Part shown: positions 23,292 through 35,874 of the stretch, in pieces
How positions within the stretch are numbered: position 1 is the first letter of the stretch
Layout: the number at the start of each line of letters is the position of its first letter
Origin: Hemiscyllium ocellatum
Taxonomy: Eukaryota
Assembly (NCBI RefSeq): GCF_020745735.1
Contig: NW_026867716.1
Span: forward strand, 62,001-122,477
Reading direction: 5' to 3'
DNA length: 60,477 nt
Translations under genes and position numbers: made by a program
The notes under the pieces: generated by a model
What the model saw: only the letters and a program-made list of their open reading frames with translations
Database searches by the model: none
Told to the model about the DNA's origin: nothing

Positions 23292-23845
23292 GTGGCTGTG
23301 AGGTGGGTCTTTCATCAGAGTGAACCCACTGGTGCGTCAATAGTGAGTGAATCCACTCCAACACTCTGAGCAAGTGAATGGTCTCTCCCCATTATGAACA
23401 TGTTGGTGTGCAGTGAGGTGAGATGATTGCCTGAACCCTGTCCCACAGTGAGACCACCAGAGCAGTCTCTCCCCAGTGCGAACGTGGTGATGGATCATCC
23501 GATGGTGAATACATTTATTGCTTTTCCCACAGTCTGAACTTTTAAAAGCTTCTTAATGTAGTGAATGTGCTGGTGTCTCAGCAGCTGGGATGATTGAGTG
23601 TATCCCTTGCCATACTCTGTGTGGGTGAACGGCCTCTCCCCAGTGTGAACTCACTGATGTACAGTCAGCTGGGATGATCGCCTGAACCCAGTTCCACAGT
23701 GAGAACACTTGAATGGTCTCCTGAATCATCCCCATCAGTGAACACACATTAATGGGACATCAGTTCTCCAGGAGGTTTACAGCATTGCCTCCATCCTGAA
23801 TATTTATAAGGTCTCTCCCCGTGTGAACTCTCCGGTGCCTCCAGA
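23292..23845 (-). pseudogene. Decayed C2H2 zinc-finger array (about 6-7 fingers, TGERP linkers)
   Basis: [52 protein letters not shown] and [44 protein letters not shown]; stops, lost Cys and frameshifts. Confidence 0.9.
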
Positions 23846-24579
23846 CAGACATATACAAAATGTTGAATAAAGTCTTCAGTGCTTGATGTGATGTAGATTT
23901 AATGAGTGATTTGTGTGAATGAGAGGGTTTTTATATGGTGAAGCCGACAACAGATACTTTGAGTTTTATTTTATTTCATCTCAGCGTGGCTCTTGAAGGC
24001 CAGTTGTGATGGAGCTGAGTGAGTTGTTCAGGAAGAAGACCATACGACACAGGAACTGAAGTGGGCTATTCATCCCATCAGGGTCTCGCAGGTACAGTGC
24101 TGCTGTGACTGAGGGGTTGGGAGGATATGAAATGGGAACCATTCACAAACAGGAAACTCCGAACAGACATGTGGCTGTCACTCCTTTTACCAGGATACGA
24201 ATATCGATGTCCTTCCCCTGTGGAAGCAAATGCTTTCCTTTTTGTCTGAGAGAAAAGATGTCAGATGTTGGTGTGACTGTGTGTGTTCCAAAGTATTCAC
24301 TAACCAGATTAGACCATCCTGGAGCATGTGCTGACTCTGTGTCCCCCACCTGCAGAAGGTGCTGGGCTGGGTTTCACCAGCAATTTCTGTTTTTGTTTCT
24401 GATTTCCAGCATCCACCGCTCTTTGTCATTTTTCGATTCCCTGCGGCGAGTGTTTGTATTTCAGACTGGAGGGACGTGTGCTGAAACAAGGCTCTTTTTG
24501 AGCTGTGTGTATGACCTGGACTCAAGTGGACAGGACAGAATTTCAGTACTTGCAGGAAATATGAAGATCCAAAGTGTAG

Positions 24580-24900
24580 TGTAATGGACCAGATCAAACC
24601 ACCTCAAAACATATCAAGGAGATAGCTTTGATCCTAACTTTTTTCTTGTTTAAATGCAAGTTCAAGGCATTGCACTCGAGATGTGATTCCATTGGTCAAA
24701 CTATTCACCTTTAAACAAAACTCAATTTATTCTGACACCACAATTTAAATACAAATGAGAAAAAGAATTGGCATTACTTTACCTTTCATAAAATACTTAA
24801 CAAAATAATATATTATTTAACAACTGCTCATCAACTGCTCCAATACAGCAGCATCACATAAGCACACACTTGGCAAAGGTAACGTCAACAAAGCAGACCT
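24580..24900 (-). mobile_element. LTR fragment related to the solo LTR at 37248-37837
   Basis: Begins tgtaatggaccagatcaaaccacctcaaaac vs tgtcatggaccaggccacaccccctcaaaac. Confidence 0.55.
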
Positions 24901-25516
24901 CCTACACTTGCAGAGATGAGATTGGAGCAGGTGGGATATTGGTTACGAGGGGAGGGTCAAAGGGAAATAAGGGTAGAGAGAGTGAAGTGAAGCAGGGCCA
25001 GGTGTTAGAGGGTGCAGGGACTGAGCAGAGAGTGAGAACAGATAAGGTAGATTTTTAAAATTCAATCAAGGCATGTGGGTCTCGCTGGCAAGGCCAGTAT
25101 TTGTTCCCCATCCCTAACTGTCCTTGAACTGAGAGGCTTGCTTGGCCATTTCAGAGACAAGGACAGAGTCAGACACATTGCATTCAATCTGTCCTCAAAG
25201 GTCACACTGAAGTTTGAAGTGGGATCTGAAGTCACCTGGAGGGCAGATGAGGGAAAGATGGTGGATTTGTTTCCCTGAAGGACATTAGTGAAACAGGGTT
25301 TTTTTTGAGCAAGAAATGATGATAATTCAGATGGCCACCATCAGGAAGAACAAGGCTTCAATCCCAGATTTATTAATTAAATTCCACATCTTGCCATGGT
25401 GAGGATTGAACCCCATTTCCCCAGAGCATAAACCTGATCTTCAGGGTCCCCTCAACAGCCCAGCTATGGGAGTCATTTGGGATGTGTGACTGGACTCTTT
25501 TCCTTGATCCATACAG

Positions 25517-25615
25517 ACCGGCCATAAACAGTTCGAAACAGCAAGGAACGGGCCTGACGATTCAGAAAATCAGAAATGGTTATTGTTCAAGAATCCATCT
25601 AGAGCCAGTGACTGA
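25517..25615 (+). CDS. Candidate tyrosine-free terminal exon (TGHKQFETARNGPDDSENQKWLLFKNPSRASD*)
   Basis: Polypyrimidine acceptor cttttccttgatccatacag; 33 codons to TGA; paralog at 20535 shows several synonymous differences and the same stop. Upstream exons not identified. Confidence 0.35.
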   Translation, partial: TGHKQFETARNGPDDSENQKWLLFKNPSRASD

Positions 25616-26169
25616 GGAAAGGAGTTTTAATCTTCATTGCTCAGATAATAATCTAAAGAAACCAATCAGATCCCTTTCTGGAATGTTATGAAACAGGGAT
25701 AACAAGCCAAACCAAACCCACCTCACTATCACTGGATACACAACACAATGAAAAGAAAACAGTCAATGATCCTCAAAATTCCTGAATGATTCTGACTGAG
25801 ACATAACAAAGAACACATCTTGGACACCAAGTCTACAATTTTAATGAAAATTAACAATTCATTCTGAAGAACAAAACTGAGCACAGATAAACTAAAAGGC
25901 AATAGCATGTTTTGAGTCAATTTGTAGTTCAGGTTGAGGTTCTGGATGTAGATTTGTTATCTGAGCAAACCAATACCCAAACTATAAGGTAATCTAATTA
26001 ATATCTACCACCTAAGCCCAATCTTCATTGATTATAAACATCCAATCAGACATCTGTCACAAATATGTGTGCGCACATACACACACATGCGGAGTTAAGA
26101 TAAATGAGAAAAATAAAAGAATTGTGATTTTCCAGTTTGATGACCATTTTACTGATAAACGTCAGGCCT

Positions 26170-29100
26170 TCATGAAATCCTTGGATGATGAGTTCTCTTA
26201 CAGGAACATTGGTGTACGTCTTGCTTGAATTCCAGAGTCACTGGTCAATACAGACCGCTTCTGCAGATAGAGCTATAGATTCATGGAGTCCTAAAGCACG
26301 GGGACAGGACCTTTGCCCCAAAATGGTCCATGCCCACCAAAATGTCTGTCCACACTCACCCCATTTCCCCTCACTTGGCCCATATCCTTCTAACCCTTTC
26401 CTGGACACGTATTTACCCAAATGCCTTTTAAATGTTGATAATGTATCCAGCTCAACTACTTCCGCTGGCAATTCATTGCAGATAACACTAAGATTGGTGG
26501 AGTAGCAAATAGTGAAAGGGACTGTCAGAGAATTCAGCAGAATATAAATAAATTTGAGAGTTGAGCAGAGAAATGGCAGGTGGAGTTTAATCGACGCAAA
26601 TGTGAGGTGATGCATTTTGGAAGATCCAATTCAAGAGCAAACATTATGGTAAATGGACAAGCCCTGCTGAAAATTAATGCACAGAGAGATCTGGGTGTTC
26701 AGATCCATTGATCCCTGAAGGTTACAATGCAGTTCGATAGAGTGCTCGAGAAGGTATACAGCATGGTTTCCTTTATCAGGCGGGGTATTGAGTACAGGAG
26801 TTGGTAGGTCATGTTATGGTTGTATAAGATTTTGGTTCCGCCATGTTTGAAATCTTATGTACCCATCTGGTCACCACGTAACCAAAAGGATGTGGATGCT
26901 TTGGAGAGGGTGCAAATGAGGTTCACCAGGATATTGTCTGGTATAATGGGATGCTGGCTATGAAAAGAGGTTGAGCAGATTAGGATTATTTTCGTTAGGA
27001 AGACAGAGGTTGAGGGGCACCTGATTGAGGTCTACAAAATCATGAGAGGTAAGACAGGGTGGATAGCAAGAAGCTTTTTCCCGGAGTGGGGTCTCAGTTA
27101 CGAGGGGTCATGAGTTCAAAGTGACAGGGGAAAGGTTTTTTTGTTGGAAATTGATGAGACTCACAGTTGGTGTGTTCCTCCCAGATGCCAGGGTCCATGA
27201 TGTCTTGGATCGTATCTTTGGGGTCCTGAAGGGAGAGGGTGACCAGCCGCAAGTCGTGGTCCATGTAGGTACCGACAACATAGGTAGAAAGAGAGATAGG
27301 GATGTAAGGCAGGATTTCAGGGAGCTAGGGTGGAAGCTGAGAGCTAGAACAAACAGAGTTGTTATCTCTGGTTTGTTTCCCGTGCCACATGATAGCGAGG
27401 CAAGGAATACAGAGAGATATCAGTTGAACATAGATGGTGTAGGAGGGAGGGTTTCAGGTACTTGGACAATTGGGGCTCATTCTGGGGAAGGTGCGACTTG
27501 CACAAACAGGATGGTCTTCACTTGAACCAGAGGGGTACTAATATCCCAGGTGGAAAATTTGCTGGTGCTAATCGGGTGGGTTTAAACAGAGGGATGGGAA
27601 CCTGAGGTGTAGTTCCAGTAGACAGGAGGATGAGAGTAGGGAGGACAGGGACAGGATTTCATGGTCACAGGAGTGTGCTGGCAGACATCAAGCTGGTTTG
27701 AAGTGTGTCTACTTCAATGCCAGGAGTATGCGGAATACAGTAGGTGAGCTTGCAGCATTGATGAGTACCTGGGATTTCGATGTTGTGGCCCTTTTGGATA
27801 CATGGATAGACCAGGGTGAGGAATGGATATTGCAGGTTTTCAGGATTCAGATCATTCATTAAGAACAGGCAAGGCGGTAAAAGAGGGGGAGGTGTAGCCT
27901 TGTTCATCAAGGAAAGTATAATGGTAGCTGAAAGAACTTTTGACACCATACTACTCCTGAGGTAGTTTGGGCTGAGGTTAGAAACAGGAGAGGAGAGGTC
28001 ACACTGCTGGGAGTTTTTTTTATAGGCCTCTGCAGAGATCCAGGGAGGTGGAGGAGAGGATTGGCAAAATGATTCTGAGTAGGAGTGAAAGGAACAGGAT
28101 GATCATTATGGGGACTTTAATTTCCCCAACATTGACTGGAAATGCTATAACTCTAGTACTTCGGTTGGATCAGCTTTTGTCCAATGTGTACAGCAGGGTT
28201 TCCTGACACAGTATGTCGAGGGGCCGACAAGAGGGGAGGCCACACTGGATCTGGTGCTTGGTAATGAACCAGGCCAGGTGTTTGATTTAGTTGTAAGTGA
28301 GCACTTTGGAGAGAGTGACCATAATTCAGTTATGCTTAGTTTAACGATGGAAAGGGATAGGTACATGCCACAAGTCAAGGGGCAAGGGCAATAAGAACAC
28401 GATTAGTCAAGAATTAGGATGCAGAGAATGGGTTATCAAAATGCAGGGGATGGGGACAATGGAAATATGGAACTGGTTTAAGGATCAGATATTGCGTGTC
28501 CTTGATAGGTATGTCCCTGTCAGGCAGGGAGGAAGTTGTAAGGTAAGGGAACCGTGGTTTACTGCGGAAATTGCATCTCTTGTTAAGTGTAAAAAGGAAG
28601 TTTATATGTTGATGAGACAAGATGGTTCAGATGAAGCGATGGTGAGATTAGCTAGGAAGGATTCAAAGAGAATTAAGAAGAGCAAAGAGGGGACATGAGC
28701 AGTTTTTAGCAGGTAGAATAAAGGAAAACCCTAAATCTTTCTATAGATGTGTGAGGAATAAAAGGATGACTAGGGTAGGAATAGGACCAGTCAAAGACAG
28801 AAGTGGGAAGTTGAGTGTGGACACTGTGAAGATCAGAGATGTGCTAAATGAACATTTCTCATCGGTTTTCACTCAGGAAAAGGAGAACATTGTAGAGGAG
28901 ATGAATGAGATACAAGATCAATTCTAGACAAGTCCCCCTGGGCTGGATGGAATTCTCTGGGAAGTTATGGAGGAGATAGCAGAAGCTTTGGCTTTGATAT
29001 TCAAGTCATCATTGTCAACAGGTTTAGTACCAGAGGACTGGAGGATTGCAAATGTTGTGCCCTTGTTCAAGGAGGGCAAGAGGGATGACCAGGTAATTAT

Positions 29101-30445
29101 GGACCAGTGAGTCTCACTTCTGTTGTAGGAAAGGTTTTGGAAAAGATTATAAAAGATAAGATTTATAATCATCTAGCTAGCAACAATTTGATTTCAGATC
29201 GTCAACATAGTTTTGTCAAGGGCAGGTCGTGTCTCACATTGAGTGTTTTGAGAAGGTGACCAAGCATGCAGGTGAGGGTAGGGCAGTTGACGTGGTATAC
29301 ATGGACTTCAGTAAATCCTTTGATAAGGGCTGTTGGAGAAAATGCAGAGGCATGGGATTGAGGGTGATTTAGCAGTTTGAATTAGAAACTAGCTTTCTGA
29401 AAGGAGGCAATGAGTGATGGTTGATGGAAAATATTTAGCCTGGCGTCCAGTTACTCGTAGTGTGCCCCAATGATCTGTTTTGGGACCACTGCTGTTTGTC
29501 ATTTTTATAATTTGGAGATGCCGGTGTTGGACTGGGGTGTACAAAGTTAAAAATCACACAACACCAGGTTATAGTCCAACAGGTTTAATTGGAAGTCATT
29601 TTTATAAATGACTTGGATGCAGGCATAGGTGGATGGGTGAGTAAGTTTACAGATGAAGTTGGTGGAGTGGTGAACAGTGTGGAAGAATGCTACAGGTTGC
29701 AGGGGGACTTGGATAAACTGCAGAACTGGGCTGACAGGTGACAAATGGGGTTCAATGCAGCAAAATGTGAGGTGATTCACATAGGGAAGAATAACAAGAG
29801 GGCAGAGTACTGAGTCAATGGAAAGATTCTTGGTAGTGTGGATGTGCAGAGGGATCTTGGAGTCCATGTACATAGATCCCTGAAAGTTGCCACCCAGATT
29901 GATTGTGCTGTTAAGAAGGCATTCCGTGTGTTAGGTTTCATTGGTAGAGGGATTGAGTTCTGGAGCTGCAATGTCATGTTGCAACTATACAAAATGCTAG
30001 TGCAGCTGCACTTGGAATATTGTGTACAGTTCTGGTCGCCCCATTACAGGAAGGATGTGGAAGCATTGGAAAAGAAGCAGAGGAAATTTACCAGGATGTT
30101 GCCTGGTCTGGAGGGAAGGTCTTATGAGGAAAGGCTGAGAGACTTCAGTCTGTTCTCATTGGAAAGAAGAAGGCTAAGAGGGGATTTGATAGAGACATAC
30201 AAGATGATCAGAGGATGAGATAGAGTAGAAAGTGAGCGCCTTTTTCCTCAGATAATGACATCAGCTTGTACGAGGGGGCATAACTACAAATTGAGGGGTG
30301 ATATATTTAAGACAGATTTTAGAGGCAGGTTCTTTACTCAGAGTGATAAGGGTGTGGAATGCCCGACCTGCTAATGTAGTTAACTCAGCCACATTAGGGA
30401 GATTCAAACAATCCTTGGATAAGCACATGGATAATGATGTGATAG
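26170..30445 (+). mobile_element. Cluster of CR1/HER1 LINE pieces including an internally deleted copy with ORF1 esterase-like part, endonuclease and RT
   Basis: ORF1-like PDARVHDVLDRIFGVLKGEGDQPQVVVHVGTDNIGRK (27121-27525); endonuclease start LKCVYFNARS at about 27696; RT and C-terminal DVQRDLGVHVHRSLKV...[19 protein letters not shown] (29838-30218). Confidence 0.9.
29511..29594. mobile_element. 84-bp insertion (terminus of a second, probably Penelope-like, family) with perfect 13-bp TSD inside the LINE RT
   Basis: TSD gtcatttttataa at 29498-29510 and 29595-29607; related sequence at about 51265-51370. Confidence 0.75.
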
Positions 30446-32017
30446 TGTAGGCAGATGGGCTTAGAATATTTTACAGGTCAGCACAACATTGAGGGCTGCA
30501 GGGCCTGTTCTGTGCTGTACTGTTCGATGCTCTATGTTCTAAGATTAAGGGAGATATGTGTGGAAGGTTGTTTACGCAGATTGGTGGTGAGTGCCTGGAA
30601 CGGGTTGCCAGTGGAGGTGGTAGAGGTGGGCACGATACATTTAAGATGTATCCAGACAGAGACATGAATGGGCGAGAGCAGAGGGGTACAGATCCTTAGA
30701 AAATAGGTGACAGGTTTAGACAAAGGATCTGGAGCAGTACAGGCTTGGAGGGCTGAAGGGCCTGTTCCTGTGCTGTAATTTTCTTTGTTCTTTGTTCCAC
30801 ATCTGGGAAACACCCAACAAATATGTGGTTGAAGATGTGGCTCCAGGATTCACACAAGGACCCACAGAACCCATGAAAAGGGACACAAATTTCCTCAGTA
30901 GATGATAACACTCATGAGTGAGTTATCACCGATGATAATGACAATGACCTTGAATTAACCTGCGTTAGTTTTCCAGACCATATTCCAACAGCAAATGCTT
31001 CCCTTTTCTTCTCTCATCTTTCGTCAAACAACCTATTTTTCAAACTTTAATTCTCAACTTTAAAATCACAGTTCCAAACCAAAAGTGAGGAAACCAAAAG
31101 AAAAGTCGTGATGCTCTCACTGGGTCACACTGAATGGGAAGAGAGTTAGTCCAAAGTGGTCAGGCTGTACAGTGAGGGTGGTACTCTGTCACTGCAGGTC
31201 TGTCCACTGTGTTGATGCTTCACACACTCGATGTTACAGTGTCTGAAATGGATGGTGATTGGTCAGTTCGAGTACAGCCAGTACCTGAGGTCAACGGCTG
31301 CTGGGCCTGATGAGGCTCAGGAATGCTGGATGACCCTGGATCATTCCTGAAATACATACAAGGAACATTAATATTCAGAGGAAGCTAATGGCATAATCCC
31401 AGGTCACAGTAACAAGAATCCTATCTTTTTGCTTATCCCCTCACAGGTCATGGGTCGGGCTGGCTGCTCCTAGCTGTCCATGAGAAGGTGGTGGGGAACT
31501 GTTGCTGGATCAAAATCCTGGAAATCCCTCCCTAAGGGCTCTGTGGCTCTTACCTCCAGAACACCGACTGGAGCAGTTCATGAAGGCAGCTCACCCCCAC
31601 CTTCTCAAGGGCAACTGTGGACAGGTAGTCAATGCTGGCCCAATCAGAGATGCTCACGACCGGCAAATGAATAAACAAAATGTTCAGATTTAGACACAAC
31701 TCACCCATGTCACCCTTGAAGAATTCACCACCAGAAACAGTTCTGCCTTGGTACCAGAATGTACCAAAGCACCCAAGGGTCAGCTTTGAGCAACTGGTTA
31801 CAAGGCAGGGAGGGAGGGTGTTGGAGATGTGGGGAAAATTCCTGCAAGGGCTTCCCATCTGCTGTAACTTTGGAGGATGCTACAGAACATGGAAATCTTG
31901 GAAAGTGGGGGATGATCAGGAAACCACGTTCCCACCCAGTGAAAATTCAGCTGCTCGGAGGGCAAGGGAGAAATAGTAGGATTCACAAAAAAGGTCCTTT
32001 TTATCCTCAGCACTCAC

Positions 32018-32079
32018 TGCAAGTGATAACATTCCAATCTTTCCCTCCATGAAACAGCCATGACAACTCAAAGTGACCA
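32018..32079 (-). other. Candidate small exon (62 nt) downstream of the TM exon; frame unresolved
   Basis: Acceptor ccccatttttctcacag, donor tgca|gtgagt; open in two frames. Confidence 0.3.
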
Positions 32080-32369
32080 CTGTGAGAAAAATGGGGAACA
32101 CTTTCGTTTTATACAAGGATGAATTGTAGATTGATTTGCAGAATAGAGCTCTCAGATTAACCTGGAGCTGAAAACTTACAAACAGCCAGAAATTGACCAA
32201 TTCTGTTCAGAATTTATTTCTCTGTCATTTACCTCTCATTTTCCCAGTGAGTGTTTGAGCAACTTGTAAGCAGGAAAATAACACATTCGGAGATCATTAG
32301 CAGGAGGCTGCATTCTGTCTCTGAAAAGGAGATATTCAATACAACCCTGAACTAGAGCAAAAGTGAGAG

Positions 32370-32405
32370 CTTCCTGATGAAGAGCTTTTGCCCGAAACAT
32401 CGATT
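32370..32405 (+). ncRNA. Hammerhead-like core in PLE terminus (stem II mismatched)
   Basis: cttc-CTGATGA-A-gagc tttt gccc-GAAAC-ATC-gatt. Confidence 0.45.
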
Positions 32406-32511
32406 CTCCTGCTCCTCGGAAGCTGCCTGACCTGCTGTGCTTTTCCAACACCACACTCTCGACTCAGAGAATTTCTACCGCTACTCTCGTGTCAGTCACT
32501 GACTACCTTAC

Positions 32512-32551
32512 CTTTTCAAAGGTGTCGTTCTCTTGATTTGCTGTGAACACC
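32512..32551 (-). CDS. Candidate cytoplasmic-tail exon (40 nt; GCSQQIKRTTPLK or VFTANQENDTFEK depending on phase)
   Basis: Very strong splice sites: tttttttctcttcag| ... aaag|gtaagg; lies 1.3 kb downstream of the TM exon. Confidence 0.45.
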
Positions 32552-33468
32552 CTGAAGAGAAAAAAAGTTTCATAAATATTTTGTAAAATTATGAACAAAT
32601 TTGTCACATTGTCTCCACAATTGGAAATGTTTTCCCCCCATACACTTTCATCCCTTTATCCTCAAGAACTCTAACGCCTTCTTAAAAACATTCTTTGCTT
32701 TGGCCTCAACTGCTTTCTGTGACAGAGAACTCCACAGGATCACAGTAACTCCAAAGGGACTACTCTCCATGTCAATCCTGAATGGTCTACCCCATATCCT
32801 TTGACAGTGACCATTGGTTTTTGTCTCCCCGGTCACTGGAAACATCTTTCCTACATTTACCTCGTCGAGTTTTACTGAAATTTCACACATTTCCCTGAGA
32901 TCCCCCTCATTTTTCCAAACTCCAGTGAATACCATCCGAACCGATCCAATCTCTCTTCATACATCAGCCCTGAAATCCCAGGAGTCTGTCTGAGAAACCT
33001 TCATTGCACTCTGTCCAATGCCAGAACATCCTTCCTCCCATAAGGGGACCAGAACCTCACCCAGTCCTCCAGGTGTGGTTTCTCCAAGACCTTGTACAAT
33101 TACAGCAAGACATTCCTGCTCCTGTATCAAAACTTCTCTCTATGAAGCCAAAATGCAACTGACAAAGAAACGGAGGGAGAGGCCATGAAGATAAGGATCT
33201 GAATTTAAACGTCTCAAGGTCTTCAGCACTGACATAACTGAGCTCAGGATTCTGAGGCCTTCAATATTCCTCAGACATCCTGCCTGTTCAATTTGTTCAG
33301 CCAGAGCAAAGACAAGTAATGAGGGCAGTCCCAAAACAGATCAGTGCCTGAACATTGCACTCACTGCACAGGCCAGAAGAGGAGTCCATGTTACCATTCC
33401 TCCCCAAATATAGCTCTGTTACTCAGACTATCTGAGCCACCGTGTCTATGCCTTTATCCAGCAAACTC

Positions 33469-33545
33469 TCAAAAGCCACTTGAACAATAAATCACATAAG
33501 AATAATGTGGTGAACTGCAACTTCCTTTCTGTTCTGTTTGAGAGT
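33469..33545 (-). CDS. Candidate first cytoplasmic exon after TM (DSQTEQKGSCSSPHYSYVIYCSSGF*)
   Basis: Acceptor cattcattcccactttgtacag; phase 1, compatible with the TM exon; open to TGA at 33469-33471. Confidence 0.45.
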
Positions 33546-33839
33546 CTGTACAAAGTGGGAATGAATGCAAAAGATGTTGTGATTCTGTCAAATGGGAGTG
33601 AATGAAAAGATATTTTAGCGCATTGAGATTCAACAGTGATGGGAGGAGAATGGGGATTGATCCATCAGAGTTCAATGGAATGGGTTTAAATGGATCTCCT
33701 TGTGAAACAGCCTCAATGTTAAATCACTCACAACAAGGCTCCATCCCAGGCAACATCCTGGTGAATCTCCTGTGCACCCCTCCCTCTTGTTATGACAGAA
33801 CCATACTGTTTTATCAAACCTCATTCTCCATGAACCCAC

Positions 33840-33941
33840 CTCCTTTGTTGCTGAAGTTGATGAAGATTATGAAGCAGATGGGCAGGATGAGAAGTGTTGG
33901 AATGACTGGCAGATATACAGTGGTGGGCTCAGTCCTGTTCA
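33840..33941 (-). CDS. Transmembrane exon of the Ig receptor (VNRTEPTTVYLPVIPTLLILPICFIIFINFSNKG)
   Basis: Acceptor ctgttcttgctgttttacag, donor G|gtgggt, 102 nt, phase 1-1; 20-residue uncharged hydrophobic stretch; NRT sequon in the stalk. Confidence 0.8.
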
Positions 33942-35500
33942 CTGTAAAACAGCAAGAACAGCATTATTCAGGAATCCCTCCATGTTGCTGCAGTGAAACT
34001 TGTAGCAGGGTTACAGAGCAAGAGGTTAAATGTACAAACAGGATGTTCTGTAATGGGGCAAACCAGTTCAACACTCTCACCTGCTGTTTCCCACAGACCA
34101 GGAATGTGCTCCCCTCCAAATACTTACCCAATTATCGCCTGAAAGATCACTCTATTAAATCTATTTCCATTGGCCTTTCAGGCAGTGCATTGCAGTTCAG
34201 AACAACTCCTGAAGGAGGCAACTGCTTAATTCTGTGATACAGAATATAAGGTTAGATGGATACTTTAAAACATTCTGCAGGGTATTTCCTGGACCCAGTC
34301 TTGACTCACCAACACAAGGGCACCCATTACTGAGCACTGATCTACCATCCCACCCTGTCCTGTGTCCTACATGTAGGCCAGACCAAGTAAGGAAGGCAGA
34401 TTTCATACTGTAAAGGACCTGACTGATTCAAATGAACTTTCCCAACTGTCAACAGTGGTCACATGTGACCATAAGGTTACTTTTTCATTTAAATTCCAAA
34501 TGTTTAAAATTTCATTTATCTTTCACCTTCCGCCGTGGTAGGATTTGAACTCATGGCCCCAGACATGAGTGTCTGGATTAGTTGCCCAGTGACAGCAGCA
34601 GTATACCACTATCTCCTTTTATAACCCATGTGTGAATGCAGGGCTAGGATAGGTCCCATGTGGCTGTGATGCCTCACACAGTCAGACAGAAACTGGGGAA
34701 TGTACTTGCACTGATGGAACTATTCCCGATGAAGGTGTGAACACTTTCATTGTAACCAAGAGGGACACATTACTCTGCAGCACCTTCCTGCTCGAGGAGA
34801 TGATCCCATTGTCAGTTTAACTTTGGATCGTTTGAAGATTGAACTGAATATTCTGAGTGTGTCAATGCCTTTCAATACTGACATCAGAATGTACCTAAAA
34901 GGATCAACACATCAAATTACATTAAATGTTTAAAAAGTCAAATTTCAAACACAAAAGCAAAATACTGCAGATGTTGGAAATTTGAAATAAAAATCAAAAT
35001 GCTGTAAATACTCAGCAGGCCAGACCCCACCTATGGAGAGAAACAGGGTTAATATTTTAGTTTCAATGACCAAATCATTAAAAATTCACAGAACCTGCTG
35101 CACTCTCACTGTACACCCTCTACAGACGGAATACTTCTTCATATTCATTAAATTACAGGATGAGAAGGACATTGGGTAGGGCAGCATTGATTACTCATCC
35201 CTATTAGTTAAGAATAAACCACATTGCTGTGTGTCTGGAGTCACAAGTAGGCCAGGCCAGGTTAGGATGACAGTTCCCTTCACGAAAGATCATTAGTGAA
35301 CCAGATGGGTTTTTACAACAATAAACAGTGGTCACATAGTCAGCTTTTGACTCTTACTTTGAGAATTTTATTAATTTCAAATTCCACCATCTGCCATGGT
35401 AGGATTTGAATCCTACTCCCAGAACATTACCTGGGTGTTGGATTAACCATCCAACGATTATACGATCAATTGTTGTTTTCCATCCAGAATGATTTCTTAC

Positions 35501-35849
35501 CATAAACCCACACCCGTGTCTCTTTCTAGATCAGATACTGAGAATCAGTTTCTGACCTGTATTCCACCAGACACAGGTAAGTGTGATTGTCCCTCACACT
35601 CAGCTGGTTTATCCTGGTCGAGGCGTTTCCCTCCTCTGGGTTCCCGATGAGCTCGTACCGATTTCCACCGTGTCCAGTTGTCCAAGTTCCTTGTGATTGG
35701 GCTGTAAATGTAATGAAGTGTTGGGAGGCCTCCTTCCTCATCCAGGTAACAGTGGTCAGGGGCGTGGGAGTCCCAGCTCCTGAAGATACAGGATAAAGTA
35801 ACTGAATCTCCCTCTGTCCCACTCACTACTGAGACATTTCCTTGAGCAG
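35501..35849 (-). pseudogene. V-set Ig exon V2B, disrupted
   Basis: Paralog of V2A with splice sites intact (ctcag| , TATG|gtaaga); 349 nt vs 348; +1 frameshift after the B-strand Cys (tgggactcccacgcccctg) and CAG>TAG nonsense near the end (ATC TAG AAA). Confidence 0.9.
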
Positions 35850-35874
35850 CTGAGGAAGGACGAACATCAAAATG

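Noticed and set aside
24190-24245. Minus-strand exon candidate (TKRKAFASTGEGHRYSYP)
   Set aside because: Donor gtaaaa is weak, two competing acceptors, no phase-compatible neighbour or paralog established.
33602-34237. 211-aa plus-strand ORF
   Set aside because: Antisense to the real TM exon; no recognisable domain or splice context.
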